From the NCBI GenBank assembly GCA_963843685.1, contig CAWJLO010000009.1, forward strand, positions 11,155-75,154: a stretch of 64,000 nucleotides of DNA, written 5' to 3'. How positions within the stretch are numbered: position 1 is the first letter of the stretch; every line of letters starts with the position of its first letter. Below are positions 52,633 through 63,138 of the stretch, piece by piece. The notes under the pieces were generated by a model that searched no databases, had not been told where the DNA came from, and saw only the letters and a program-made list of their open reading frames with translations. Source of the stretch: an uncultured Chloroflexia bacterium (GTDB lineage: Bacteria > Chloroflexota > Dehalococcoidia > DSTF01 > JACRBR01). The position numbers and the translations under genes were made by a program.

Positions 52633-53388
52633 CTACCGGAACATGTCCTTTTCGGCCGCACGGATCAGCTCCGACGTCGCCGCTTCCGCGGCTTCGTAAT
52701 CGACGCCGCGCACGATGGCGACGGGCACGCGCGCGAGCTTGCCGTGCACCAGCTCCGCCGCGGCTGCCAGCTCGTCGACGACGGCCATCTGCGTGACGCG
52801 CAGCTCGTAACCCGCGGGGTCGAACTGACCGGCGTAGTCGATGACGGGCTTGATGCCGGCGACGCCGATGGCGAAGTTCACGTGCCCCTCGCGCCAGGGC
52901 CGGCCGAACGTATCGGAGATGATGACGGCCACATCGACGCCGAGCGCCGCCTTCACCGCGTCACGGATCCCGCGAGCCGAGGCGTCGGGGTCGACGGGCA
53001 GCAGGCACAGCGTGCCGTTTTTCTCGACGTTCGAGGCGTCGACGCCGGCGTTGGCGCAGATGAAGCCGTGGTGCGTCTCGCAGATCATCACGCCGTGCGC
53101 CATCCGGACGATGCGCTTCGTCTCGCCGAGCACCACCTCGATCTGGCGCGCGTCTTTCTCGAACATCTCGGCGTAGCGCTCGGCGAACGGCGACGGCGTG
53201 ACCGACGCGAGGTCGACGATGCGGCCCTCCGCCTTCGAGACGACCTTTTGGGTGACGACGAGCACGTCGCGGGGCTCGATGCTCACGCCGGACGCCTTCG
53301 ACGCAGCGACGACCATCGCGGGGAGATCGTCGCCGGGGTGGACCTCCGGGATGCCCTCGAGGCCGATGATCCTGACTTCGGCGCTCAC
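52633..53388 (-). CDS. cofE: Coenzyme F420-0:gamma-glutamyl ligase
   Basis: PEVHPGDDL, VVTQKVVSKAEG, ANAGVDASN, SDTFGRPWREG. Confidence 0.93.
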   Translation of the reverse strand: MSAEVRIIGLEGIPEVHPGDDLPAMVVAASKASGVSIEPRDVLVVTQKVVSKAEGRIVDLASVTPSPFAERYAEMFEKDARQIEVVLGETKRIVRMAHGVMICETHHGFICANAGVDASNVEKNGTLCLLPVDPDASARGIRDAVKAALGVDVAVIISDTFGRPWREGHVNFAIGVAGIKPVIDYAGQFDPAGYELRVTQMAVVDELAAAAELVHGKLARVPVAIVRGVDYEAAEAATSELIRAAEKDMFR

Positions 53389-54035
53389 GACACGCCCGCG
53401 ATGCGGATGCCGGCCTGCGTCTTGTAGTTGCGGTTGACGGCCACCAGCAGCACCGTGATCCCCTCGACGAGCTGCGCGTTCGCGAGCGGCCCGCCGTCGA
53501 TGCCACGCGCGCCCTCGATGGCGGCCGCCAGCTCGATGATCCGCTTCTTCGCGGTGGCGTCGTCCGCGCAGACGACGACGTCAGCCTCGATCGGGGCGCC
53601 GCGCAGCAGCTTCTTCGCGCTCAGGTTCTGGAACGCGGCGACGACCGTCGATCCGGGGAGGAGCGCCTGCTCCTGCTGCGCCGCCGAGCCTTCGGGCACG
53701 GACAGCAGCGAGGCGCGGCCCTCCGCGAACGCCATCGGCACGACGGTGCTGACGACGATCTTCGTCTCGAGCGCGCCGGCCAGCGGGGGGAGCGTCGCGG
53801 CCTGGGCGGCGTATGGCGTCGTCACGACGACGATCTCGCCAGAGACCGCAGCGTCGGCGTTCGTCGCGGCGGTGAGTGGGAGCGATGCGTCTTTCTCCAG
53901 CAACTCTGCGACGGCGCCCTGCGCCTTTTCGATGCTGCGGGAGCCGATGATGCAGGCGTGGCCCGCCTTCGCGAACCGGTACGCGAGCCCCATCCCCTCT
54001 TCGCCCGTGCCGCCGATGAAGCCGATCGCCGTCAT
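53385..54035 (-). CDS. npdG: NADPH-dependent F420 reductase
   Basis: GGTGEEGMGLA, IGSRS, EGSAA, VVAAFQNLSA, DGGPLANA. Confidence 0.9.
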   Translation of the reverse strand: MTAIGFIGGTGEEGMGLAYRFAKAGHACIIGSRSIEKAQGAVAELLEKDASLPLTAATNADAAVSGEIVVVTTPYAAQAATLPPLAGALETKIVVSTVVPMAFAEGRASLLSVPEGSAAQQEQALLPGSTVVAAFQNLSAKKLLRGAPIEADVVVCADDATAKKRIIELAAAIEGARGIDGGPLANAQLVEGITVLLVAVNRNYKTQAGIRIAGVS

Positions 54036-54818
54036 CTAGTGCATCTCCGAACCGCCGGTGACGTTGATCGCCTCACCGGTGATGTTGTCGGCCTTGCAGA
54101 GAAATACGGCGCACTGGCCCATATCGGCGGCTGTCTGCGGCCGGCCGAGCGGCACCTCCGTCTTCGAGACCAGCTCCCACGCCTCTTCTTTCGAGATGCC
54201 GCGGCCGGCGGCGACGGCGGGGACCAGCACGTTCTGCCACATGTGGGTGTCGACTTCGCCGGGGCAGATGGCGTTCACCGTGACGTCGAAGGGCGCCATC
54301 TCCTTCGCCAGCGACTGGGTGAAGCCGATCACGGCGAACTTCGACGCGCAGTAGTGGGAGACTGCGGCGCTGCCGCTCTTGCCCGCCTGTGACGACAGGT
54401 TGATGATGCGGCCCTTGCGCCGCCCCATCATGTGCTGGGCGACGGCCTTCGAGCAGAGGAACGTGCCCTTCACGTTGACGTCCATCACCAGGTCCCACGC
54501 CTCCTCCGTCAGCCCGACGACGAAGCCGACGGAGATCACGCCGGCGTTGTTCACCAGCACGTCGACCTGGCCCCATTTGTCGATCGTGGCCTGGACCATC
54601 GCCTGGCACTGCGCGAAATCGCGCACGTCGACGTCGATGGCGATGGCGTCGCTGCCGAGGCGCTTGATCTCGGCGATCGTCTGGTCGCGGTCGGCGGCGG
54701 TCGCCGGCACGTCGGCGATGGCGATGCGCGCGCCCTCCTTCGCCAGCTCGCAGGCGATGCCGCGGCCGATCCCGCGCGCTCCACCGGTGACGATGGCGAC
54801 GCTGTCTTTGAGTTCCAC
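54036..54818 (-). CDS. SDR oxidoreductase (acetoin/sorbitol dehydrogenase-like)
   Basis: TGGARGIG, VNNAG, YCASK, NAICPG. Confidence 0.92.
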   Translation of the reverse strand: MELKDSVAIVTGGARGIGRGIACELAKEGARIAIADVPATAADRDQTIAEIKRLGSDAIAIDVDVRDFAQCQAMVQATIDKWGQVDVLVNNAGVISVGFVVGLTEEAWDLVMDVNVKGTFLCSKAVAQHMMGRRKGRIINLSSQAGKSGSAAVSHYCASKFAVIGFTQSLAKEMAPFDVTVNAICPGEVDTHMWQNVLVPAVAAGRGISKEEAWELVSKTEVPLGRPQTAADMGQCAVFLCKADNITGEAINVTGGSEMH

Positions 54819-55055
54819 GGTCAGTTCCTTTCAGGGAGGCGTCGGCGGACAGGGGCAATTGTCGCCTACGGGGAACGTAGAACCAAGCCGCCGGACGCTG
54901 CTTGCGGCCGGGCCGACGGGCGCACTAACATCGGAGCACATACACGCGAGCGAAGAAGACGCGCGGGTTCGCCCCGAGCGTCTGACGCTGGCGGGGCTTG
55001 CCCTGCCGGACGATCAGACGGGCGGGGCGCATTCTTTTCTCGCGGAGGTGCGGAC

Positions 55056-55712
55056 ATGGCCGGCGCAGACGAGATCCAGTGGGCGCGGCGCGTCAAGCCG
55101 GAGAAGATCCGGCGGCTCTACACGCTCGACTCCAAGGGCATCGTCGACGAGGAGCTGATCGACGAGGTGGGTTACGCGATGTACGCCCGCTGTCACAGCA
55201 TCCGGCAGGCGACGCGGGCGCACGCCGGCAAGGCGATGTGCCCCCGCTGCCGCGCCGACGTACTTCGCTCCTCGCCGGACTGGAAGACGTGGACGAAGGA
55301 GGAGCCGCTGGTCTGCGGCTGCGGCTGGTCGACGACATGGGGAGAGTACAGCAAGAGCTACCAGCACAAGCAGCTCTACGGCGGACAGGCGTACCCGATG
55401 TTCCGGGGCTTCATCGACCGCTGGCCGGCGGCGCGCACGTCGCGGGACAAGCTCCTCGCCATCGATTGGCTGATCCATGCGTGCCACGGCGAGTGGCAGG
55501 GCGGGATGGGGCGGCCCGCGGCGTGCAACCTCATCGAAGGAACGGCCACGCAGCTCGTGCGCTTCCTGCACGAGCTGGCGTACGGGGAACAGAGCACGGA
55601 GGGGATCGTCGAGACGCGCACGCGGTGGGACCAGGGCGTGGAGGCGGCAGGGTGGCTGCGACGAATGCGCGATTCGGATCCGAAGGTCAGGCGCGGCGCG
55701 GACGGCGAGTAG
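55056..55712 (+). CDS. Hypothetical protein with internal Zn-ribbon (CPRC...CGC)
   Basis: GGAGG RBS + ATG 55056; typical codon bias. Confidence 0.7.
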   Translation: MAGADEIQWARRVKPEKIRRLYTLDSKGIVDEELIDEVGYAMYARCHSIRQATRAHAGKAMCPRCRADVLRSSPDWKTWTKEEPLVCGCGWSTTWGEYSKSYQHKQLYGGQAYPMFRGFIDRWPAARTSRDKLLAIDWLIHACHGEWQGGMGRPAACNLIEGTATQLVRFLHELAYGEQSTEGIVETRTRWDQGVEAAGWLRRMRDSDPKVRRGADGE

Positions 55713-56070
55713 TGGTTGCGCGGGCCTGCTCGTTCGCGCGCGCTTTCGCCTTCACGAGCTTCTTCAGCAGGGCGACCGGGATCGGCTTGCCGAGCGGAAA
55801 GCGCAGCGTGCCCTTGCCGGCCTTGTACGGCTGCACCGCTTCGGCGAACTCATCGAGGAAGGTGGAGCTGAGAGCGTAGACGCCTACGTGGTTCTTCGCG
55901 GCGGCGAAGCCCACGAGCCAGCCGTGGTGTTTGTACATCGGCATCTGGTAGCTGATGCGCTCCTCGGCGTCGGGGGCGGCTGACCGCACGAGGGCGCGGA
56001 GCTGCTCAAGCATGGGGCGCGCCTCGGGCGGCGCGGTGGCGATGTAGGCGTCGACGTCTTTCGCTGGCAT
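55687..56070 (-). CDS. DUF1801/YdhG-like protein
   Basis: VDAYIA, APDAEERISYQMP, GKGTLRFPL. Confidence 0.88.
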   Translation of the reverse strand: MPAKDVDAYIATAPPEARPMLEQLRALVRSAAPDAEERISYQMPMYKHHGWLVGFAAAKNHVGVYALSSTFLDEFAEAVQPYKAGKGTLRFPLGKPIPVALLKKLVKAKARANEQARATTTRRPRRA

Positions 56071-56094
56071 GTTTCCTCCGCCTTGGGCGGCTCG

Positions 56095-56578
<484 letters not shown>

Positions 56579-56679
56579 GCGCGGCCCCTTCGGGGGAGAA
56601 TCCATGGCCTACAACCAAGAACCTGGACGCCGGACCGCCGCTCGGTTCCAGATTCCAGGTTCTCGATTCGTTCGTCGTG

Positions 56680-56766
56680 TGGCGGAGAGGGTGGGATTCG
56701 AACCCACGAGGCTCATCGCCTACCGCTTTTCGAGAGCGGCACCATCAACCACTCGGACACCTCTCC
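56680..56766 (-). tRNA. tRNA-Ser(CGA)
   Basis: Acceptor stem, anticodon loop CT-CGA-AA, long variable arm, T-loop, encoded CCA. Confidence 0.96.
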
Positions 56767-56832
56767 GAACGGGAAGGGCCGCACGGAGCGACCCTCGGGC
56801 GGCAGTATATACCACGTGCCAGAGTCGGCCGA

Positions 56833-57432
56833 TCAGCCGCGCGTCATCTGGCGGAAGCGCTTCTCCTGCTCATCCTGCGCCTCGCGCGAGGCACGACGGC
56901 CGGCACGGATGGCGGCGCGGATGCGGGCCTGGAGACCGGACGGCGGCACGGCGGCGACGGGCTCCATCTCCGGGTTGCGGAACTCCTCTGGCACGGTGTC
57001 CGGCTCTTCCTCGCCGGGCCGCGCGAACAGCCAGAACGCGAGCGCGACCGCCGCGGCGACCACGGCGATGATGACGAAGGCGATCAGCAGCCCGTGGCCG
57101 CGCGACTCCGTCACTGCCTTCGGGTGCTTCTCGGCGCGCTTGGCCGCCTTCGCCGCCGCCTTGGCCGCGGACCTGGCGGCCGCCGCCTCGGCTTGCTCGC
57201 GCTTGCGGAGCTCGCGCTTCTCCTTGTTCGACTGCGGCTCGACCTCGAGGTCCAGCGAGCCGAACGGGGTGTCGAAACCCAGCGCGTACTCCGGCGCCTC
57301 TTCTTCTTCCTGCTTCTTGCGTTCTCTCCGGCTCAGCCGGCGGGGCGGCGACGGGCTCACGTCCACCGTCTGCTCCTCGGGTCGCTCGATGACGGCGACG
57401 TCGGACGCGGTGGTGGTTTCGTCTTCAGCCAT
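56833..57432 (-). CDS. Hypothetical single-pass membrane protein
   Basis: GGAGG RBS; charged coiled region, one TM, basic tail. Confidence 0.7.
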   Translation of the reverse strand: MAEDETTTASDVAVIERPEEQTVDVSPSPPRRLSRRERKKQEEEEAPEYALGFDTPFGSLDLEVEPQSNKEKRELRKREQAEAAAARSAAKAAAKAAKRAEKHPKAVTESRGHGLLIAFVIIAVVAAAVALAFWLFARPGEEEPDTVPEEFRNPEMEPVAAVPPSGLQARIRAAIRAGRRASREAQDEQEKRFRQMTRG

Positions 57433-57473
57433 GGCAGACCTCCGTACGCGGGACTACGGCCGGGGTTCGCGTG

Positions 57474-57833
57474 TTACTTGTCGGACTGCTTCGTGTCGGC
57501 GCCCGTCATACCGGCGATGACGCTCGCGGCGCGCCGCACGCCCGCCACGACGCCGTACGTGCGGATGATGGGCGTCACAGCCGCCTGGGACACGTAGCCG
57601 GCGGTGCCCTTTACGTTGTCCGCGGTCTCCTTCGCGCTGCCGAGCAGCGGCTTCACGCTGTCGTCGAGCATCGACGTCGACTTCTTCAGGAGCGCGCGCG
57701 CCAGCAACCCCAGCACGATGGTCATGATCAACGCCACGAAGAAGAACGCCGCGACGGCGATCCCCATAAAGATGATCACCCAGTCGCGGAACGTCGCGAC
57801 GAACAGGGGCGAGAGCTGAGACAGTGTGTCCAC
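57474..57833 (-). CDS. DUF948-like membrane protein
   Basis: N-terminal TM followed by amphipathic helix (SAKETADNVKGTAGYVS). Confidence 0.6.
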   Translation of the reverse strand: MDTLSQLSPLFVATFRDWVIIFMGIAVAAFFFVALIMTIVLGLLARALLKKSTSMLDDSVKPLLGSAKETADNVKGTAGYVSQAAVTPIIRTYGVVAGVRRAASVIAGMTGADTKQSDK

Positions 57834-57924
57834 GGCAGGTTCCCTCGACCGGTTAGTCGTGCAGACCAGCATCATAACACGGCTGTTTCGGCCGATCACC
57901 GCCGCAGGTTGACTTCGCGCTCGC

Positions 57925-58533
57925 CTACGCGGCTGGCCGCATGGAGCGGAAGCGCCACAGCCGCCAGGCCACCGTGGCGTAGCTCACGGCGCCCATGACA
58001 ACGAGCGCCCACCAGCACTGCCCGAGCGCCGCCCCCACGGCCAGCGCGAGGAGCCGCACGTCCCGGCCCGCCACGCCCAGCAGATCCGACGCGACGTCCC
58101 GCCCACCCTCCGTTTCCAGCCGCGCGCGCGAGTACGACACGAGCAGAAACCCGACGATGGCCGCGAACCCGACCAGCGCCGCCTGGCCCCATGATTCGTG
58201 CTCATGCGCGTACCAGGCCATGCCGGCGACGATGGCGGCGTCGGCGTAGCGGTCGAGGACAGCGTCGAAGGCGCCGCCGAACCGCGTCGCCATCGCCTTC
58301 GCGCGTGCGAGGTCGCCGTCCACACCGTCGACGATCGACGACGCCTGGATCAGCACGCCCGCCTCGATGTTTCGCCCGACCGCCAGCAGCCCCGCCGCGC
58401 CGGCAGCGACCAGTGCCGCCAGTACCGACACCTGGTTCGGTGTCGCCGGCGTGCGCGCTAGTAGCGAAGCGATCGGGACGGAGATGCGTCGGTTGAGGTA
58501 GCGCGAGACCGGCCCGTCAAGCGACGCGGCCAT
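57925..58533 (-). CDS. CDP-alcohol phosphatidyltransferase, DIPPS-like
   Basis: DGPVSRYLNRRIS, TPNQVS, DGVDGDLAR...G..FDAVLDRY, GRDVRL. Confidence 0.85.
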   Translation of the reverse strand: MAASLDGPVSRYLNRRISVPIASLLARTPATPNQVSVLAALVAAGAAGLLAVGRNIEAGVLIQASSIVDGVDGDLARAKAMATRFGGAFDAVLDRYADAAIVAGMAWYAHEHESWGQAALVGFAAIVGFLLVSYSRARLETEGGRDVASDLLGVAGRDVRLLALAVGAALGQCWWALVVMGAVSYATVAWRLWRFRSMRPAA

Positions 58534-59234
58534 CAGCCTCGCGCGCGAACATGGTTTCCGCGCTCCGCAGGTCGGCCGGCGTGTCGACGTCGATCCAGCG
58601 CGCGCCGGTCACGTCGACGGCGTCCAACTCGCCGGCGCGTGCGAGCTTCGCGAAGACGTCGCCGGCCTCACCGTCGCGCAGAGCCGGCGTCATTACGTCG
58701 AAGACCCGCCGCGTGCACCAGAAGGCGCCCGTATCGAGCGCGTTCCAGTCGCGCAGGCCCTTGCCGAGGTCGACGACGCGTCCGTCACGCACGCGCGCGC
58801 GCGTCGCTTCGTCCGCGCGCTCGTCGCCGGCGGCAGCCCGATCGACCGCAAGGCGGCACCGTTCGCCAGCACCCAAGACGAGCGACCGCAGGAGCCCGGA
58901 TTCGACGACATGGTCGGCCATCGCGAGCACGAAGCCGTCGCCCACCGCATCGCGCGCCGCCCACAGCGACCGCGCGTTGCCCAGCATGTACGCGTCGTTC
59001 TGCACGAACCGCAGCGACATCCCGGCGGGCGTCCCGTGCGCCAGTTCGCGCCCGCAGCCGGTCGGCGCGATGGCCCACCACGATCGCCGCATCATCGACG
59101 CCGGCCGCCGCCAGCGCATCGAGCACGCGGTGGATGATGGGCCGCCCGGCGACGCGCAGCAGCGGCTTCGGCAGCTCCGCCGTATGCGGCATGAGCCGGC
59201 CGCCGTCGCCGGCCGCAAGGATCACAGCTTGCAC
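58517..59234 (-). CDS. NTP-transferase, IPCT/LicC-like cytidylyltransferase (frameshift ~59060)
   Basis: AVILAAGDGGRL, PKPLL, GNARSL, LAMADH, DTGAF, WIDVDTPADL. Confidence 0.82.
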
Positions 59235-59353
59235 AATCGGGCGCCTTTCGCGGGAGATACGCACACGCGCGTCAAGGCGATCTCCACGATCGAAGGTAGC
59301 GAGGCGTGCGCGCCCGCGTCAAACGGACGGTGCGAGGCGGTCGACCAACGTGC

Positions 59354-59848
59354 TCAGAACGGCAGGCCCTTGAGGCCCTGCATGCCCTTCACCGCCGAGA
59401 TGTCGCCCGTGTGGCCGGCCGAGTGCAGTCCGACGAGCTGGACGACCCACCCCAGCGACTTCTTGCCGAAGAACTGCGTGTCGATCTCGCGGTCAAGGTC
59501 GGCGTCCGTCAGCGAGCCGACGTAGTCCAGCGCCGCGGCCTCGATCTCCTTCGCGTAGGCGTTGATCGCCGCCATCGGGATCGTGCCCTCGAAGGACCAG
59601 ATCCCCATCGGATTCGCGGGCAGCCCCGCCTTCGGGCCGTGGTCAGCCCAGAGCAGCGGCTTGCCCTGCGCGATGGCGTTGATGAAGAAGTCGATCGACG
59701 TCGTCGCGTGCACGTGCGACTTCGCGATCGAGTTGCATGTACCGGACGGCGCCCAGTTGTACTGCGCCTCGTCCATGCCGTCGGAGGTGGCGTTCATCAG
59801 GTTGAAGATTTCGCCGAGCGAGAGCTTGGCGTATGCAGGTCCGTTCAT
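59354..59848 (-). CDS. DinB family protein
   Basis: NSIAKSHVH, LTDADLDREI, HSAGHTGDI. Confidence 0.8.
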   Translation of the reverse strand: MNGPAYAKLSLGEIFNLMNATSDGMDEAQYNWAPSGTCNSIAKSHVHATTSIDFFINAIAQGKPLLWADHGPKAGLPANPMGIWSFEGTIPMAAINAYAKEIEAAALDYVGSLTDADLDREIDTQFFGKKSLGWVVQLVGLHSAGHTGDISAVKGMQGLKGLPF

Positions 59849-59911
59849 GGCTGGTGATCTCCTTTTCTAGAGTCACTACTTTCCACCAAGCCGGTGTCTG
59901 GGTCAAGACGG

Positions 59912-60997
59912 TCAGTCGCGCTCCGCCCGAAGGATGGCGCCGCCGCCGAGCACCTCGTCGCCGTCGTAGAACACGGCCGCCTGCCCCGGCGTGATCGCCC
60001 GCTGCGGCGCGTCGAAGACGACGCGCGCTGCTCCGCCGGCCAGCGGCGTCACCGTCGCAGGGGCGGCCGGCGTCCGATACCGGATCTTCGCGTCGAGCCG
60101 CAGCGGTCCGTCCGGGGTGCCGCCGACCCAGTTCACGCTCTCGGCGGTCAGCGCACCGGCCATCAGGTCTTCCTCCGGCCCGATGGTGATCACGTTCAGC
60201 TCCGGGTCGATGTCCGTCACGAAGCGCTTCTGCCCGACGGCGACGCCCAACCCGCGCCGTTGGCCGATGGTGTAGCCGGCGATCCCATCGTGCCGGCCGA
60301 CGAGGGCTCCCGCCGCGTCACGCATCGCGCCGGGCTCCTGGGGCAGCCGCTTTCTCACGAACGAGGCGTAGTCGCCGTCCGGCACGAAGCAGATGTCGGC
60401 GCTGTCCGGCTTGTCGGCGAGCAGCAAGCCCATCTCGTGCGCCAACGCGCGGATCGACGCCTTGTCGTAGCCGCCGACGGGGAACAGCGTCTGCGCCAGC
60501 TCCGCCTGCCCCATGGTGTACAGCACGTACGACTGATCCTTCGCCGGATCGACGGCCCGCAGCAGCCGATAGCGGCCGCCGGCAGCGCGGTCGATACGCG
60601 CGTAGTGTCCGGTCGCCAGGAAGTCGGCCTCCAGCGCGACGGCACGGTCGAGCAGCGCGCGGAACTTCACATGCTCGTTGCAGGCGAGGCACGGGTTCGG
60701 CGTGCGGCCGCGGCCGTATTCGGCCACGAAGTAGTCGATAACGCGGTCGTGGAACTCGCGCTCCATGTTGAGCACGTAATGCGGGATGCCAAGCACGTCG
60801 GCCGCCTGCCGCGCGTCGTCGGTGTCCTCCACCGAACAGCAGCGCTTCTTCCCGACCGGCGCGTCCGGATCCTCCAGCGTCCACAGCCGCATGGTGATGC
60901 CGACCACGTCGTAGCCGGCGCGCGCGAGCAGACCTGCCGCCACCGCCGAGTCGACGCCGCCGCTCATCGCCACCACGACCCGCTGCTTCTTGCTCAT
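59912..60997 (-). CDS. mnmA: tRNA 2-thiouridine(34) synthase
   Basis: AMSGGVDS, CC, TPNPCLACN, ATGHY, KDQSY, TIGQRRG, TPGQ. Confidence 0.95.
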   Translation of the reverse strand: MSKKQRVVVAMSGGVDSAVAAGLLARAGYDVVGITMRLWTLEDPDAPVGKKRCCSVEDTDDARQAADVLGIPHYVLNMEREFHDRVIDYFVAEYGRGRTPNPCLACNEHVKFRALLDRAVALEADFLATGHYARIDRAAGGRYRLLRAVDPAKDQSYVLYTMGQAELAQTLFPVGGYDKASIRALAHEMGLLLADKPDSADICFVPDGDYASFVRKRLPQEPGAMRDAAGALVGRHDGIAGYTIGQRRGLGVAVGQKRFVTDIDPELNVITIGPEEDLMAGALTAESVNWVGGTPDGPLRLDAKIRYRTPAAPATVTPLAGGAARVVFDAPQRAITPGQAAVFYDGDEVLGGGAILRAERD

Positions 60998-61162
60998 CTC
61001 ACTCCGATTGACGACCCACGACGCGGAGCGCGGGCGTCCCCGGCCCGCGTCGCTTCATCGCGGCCCGGGCCGCCTCGATACAGGTTAACGGCGGCTCCGC
61101 GACGTTCGCCAATGCTATACTCAGACCCGAACCTGCCCCCGCTCACACTCGGAGAACGCTTA

Positions 61163-61504
61163 CTGGAGTCCGCTGACCTCGCCCAACGCATCGCCGACCT
61201 GCTGTCCGACCGCCAGGCCGAAGACATCGTCCTCATGGACATCAGCAAGGTCTCGACGTTCACCGACCACTTCGTCATCGCGACCGCGGGCAACCCCCGC
61301 CAGATGAGCGCGCTCATCGATTCGCTCGACCGCGACCTCCGGCCCGACGCGAAGCCCTTCCGCAGCGAGGGCACGGCGGACTCCGGCTGGGTGCTCATCG
61401 ACTTCGGCGGCGTTGTCGTCCACCTCTTCGCCCCGGAGGAGCGCGCCTACTACAACCTCGAGGGGCTCTGGGCGCAGGGCGTCTCCGTCGTCCACATCCA
61501 GTAG
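61163..61504 (+). CDS. rsfS: Ribosome silencing factor
   Basis: AEDIVLMD, DHFVIAT, WVLIDFG, HLF...RAYYNLEGLW; start either CTG 61163 (GGAG RBS) or ATG 61112. Confidence 0.92.
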   Translation: MESADLAQRIADLLSDRQAEDIVLMDISKVSTFTDHFVIATAGNPRQMSALIDSLDRDLRPDAKPFRSEGTADSGWVLIDFGGVVVHLFAPEERAYYNLEGLWAQGVSVVHIQ

Positions 61505-61615
61505 CCCTCCTTCGTTCTTGACGTTCTCCGACGCCGCTCGCATTCGGGCTGCTGCCTGTCGTACGCTCTACGCACCCGACATGGGCTCACGTGCCGAAAC
61601 GGGAGGGGTGCAAGC

Positions 61616-62725
61616 ATGACTGTCTCGCGGGAGATCCCGACGACGCCGGCCGAACTCACGCCGTCATGGCTCACGCGCGCGCTGCGCGCGGGCGGCGTTA
61701 TCGACGACGCGACCACGGTAACGTCCGCCGAGCACAAGGTCCTCGGCGAGGGCGCAGGCTTCGTCGGACAGGTGGCGCGCGTCACGCTGACGTACGACCG
61801 GCCGGCGCCCGGCGCGCCAACGTCGCTGATCGCCAAGCTGCCGGCGCTCGACCCCGGCGCGCGCGAGCTGGCGGCGCTCTACGGCCTCTACGAACGCGAG
61901 TACCGCTTCTACAACGAGCTGGCGGACGAGATCAGCTTTCGTACCGCGCGCTGCTACTACAGCGACGGCGACCCGGAGTCCGTCCGCTACGTCCTCCTGC
62001 TCGAAGACATGTCGGGCAGCGGGCGCGCGGGCGACCAGGTGGCGGGATGCACCGCCGACGAGGCGAAGCTCGCGCTCGCGCACCTCGCCGAGCACCACGC
62101 GCGCTGGTGGGAGCACCCGCGGCTCACCGAGATCCCGTGGCTCAACCCCGGCGTCGATCTCGTGAACGGCGCAATGCAGCAGTCCTACCCGCAGGCGTGG
62201 TCCGTCACGATCGCTGGATTCGGAGACCGCATCCCGGCCGAGATCCGCGAGGTGCTTCCCGGCCTCGGCGAACGCATCACGAAGCTGATGGAGCCGATCG
62301 CCGAGGGCGCGATGACGATCGCGCACGGCGACTACCGTCTGGACAACATGTTCTTCGGCCACGCCGGCAGCGATTACACGGTGGCGGTGCTCGACTGGCA
62401 GAGCCCGAACATGGGCTGGGGCGCCTACGACATCGCCTACTTCCTCTACAGCAACGTCGATATCGAAACCCGCCGCGCGCACGAGATGGACATCTTGCGC
62501 GAGTACCACCGCGCGCTCACCGCCGGCGGCGTCACGGGCTACACCTTCGAGCAGCTCGTCGAGGACTACAAGAAATCGCTGCTCGTCAGCCTGGGCATCT
62601 GGATCGTCAACGCCGCCACGCTCGACACCGCGAACGAGCGCGGCAAGGCGCTGTTCGATCTCTTCTTCGACCGGCTGTCGGCGGCCATCATGGATCTCGG
62701 CGCGCTGGAGTACCTGCCGGCGTAG
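61616..62725 (+). CDS. APH/EcKinase-like phosphotransferase
   Basis: LIAK, REYRFY, LLLED, HGDYRLDNMFF, LDWQ. Confidence 0.88.
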   Translation: MTVSREIPTTPAELTPSWLTRALRAGGVIDDATTVTSAEHKVLGEGAGFVGQVARVTLTYDRPAPGAPTSLIAKLPALDPGARELAALYGLYEREYRFYNELADEISFRTARCYYSDGDPESVRYVLLLEDMSGSGRAGDQVAGCTADEAKLALAHLAEHHARWWEHPRLTEIPWLNPGVDLVNGAMQQSYPQAWSVTIAGFGDRIPAEIREVLPGLGERITKLMEPIAEGAMTIAHGDYRLDNMFFGHAGSDYTVAVLDWQSPNMGWGAYDIAYFLYSNVDIETRRAHEMDILREYHRALTAGGVTGYTFEQLVEDYKKSLLVSLGIWIVNAATLDTANERGKALFDLFFDRLSAAIMDLGALEYLPA

Positions 62726-62786
62726 CGGACAGACCGCATTCAACTGGACGAGAGGGTCAGACGAAAGATTCGCCCTCGTATCTAGC

Positions 62787-62816
62787 TTGACAGCTATCTA
62801 GCAATATGGCTAAATA
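62787..62816 (+). promoter_or_regulatory. TTGACA promoter overlapped by 22-bp palindrome (ArsR operator)
   Basis: TTGACA at 62787; TATCTAGCAATATGGCTAAATA (62795-62816) is an imperfect palindrome. Confidence 0.7.
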
Positions 62817-62822
62817 TGGGCC

Positions 62823-63137
62823 ATGGATGTGTACGAAGCCGTGGCCGACCCAACGCGACGACAGATCATCGAGCTGCTCGCGACCGGCGAGCGGAACGCC
62901 GGAGACATCGCGGGGCGATTCGCGATCGCCGGCCCTTCGATCTCCCGCCACCTGCGCGTGCTGCGCGAGAGCGGCGTGGTGAGTTACAGGAAGCGCGCCC
63001 AAGCGCGGATCTATCGACTGGAGGGCTCTGCCCTCGCGGAAGCGACGCAGTGGATGGAAGCGCAGCTCGGCCTCGTGCGGGCGCGCTTCGACCGCCTCGA
63101 GAGCCACCTCGATTCAATGAAGGAAAGGGAGGGCTGA
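62823..63137 (+). CDS. ArsR/SmtB family regulator
   Basis: VADPTRRQIIELL, ISRHLRVLRESGVV. Confidence 0.92.
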   Translation: MDVYEAVADPTRRQIIELLATGERNAGDIAGRFAIAGPSISRHLRVLRESGVVSYRKRAQARIYRLEGSALAEATQWMEAQLGLVRARFDRLESHLDSMKEREG

Positions 63138-63138
63138 C

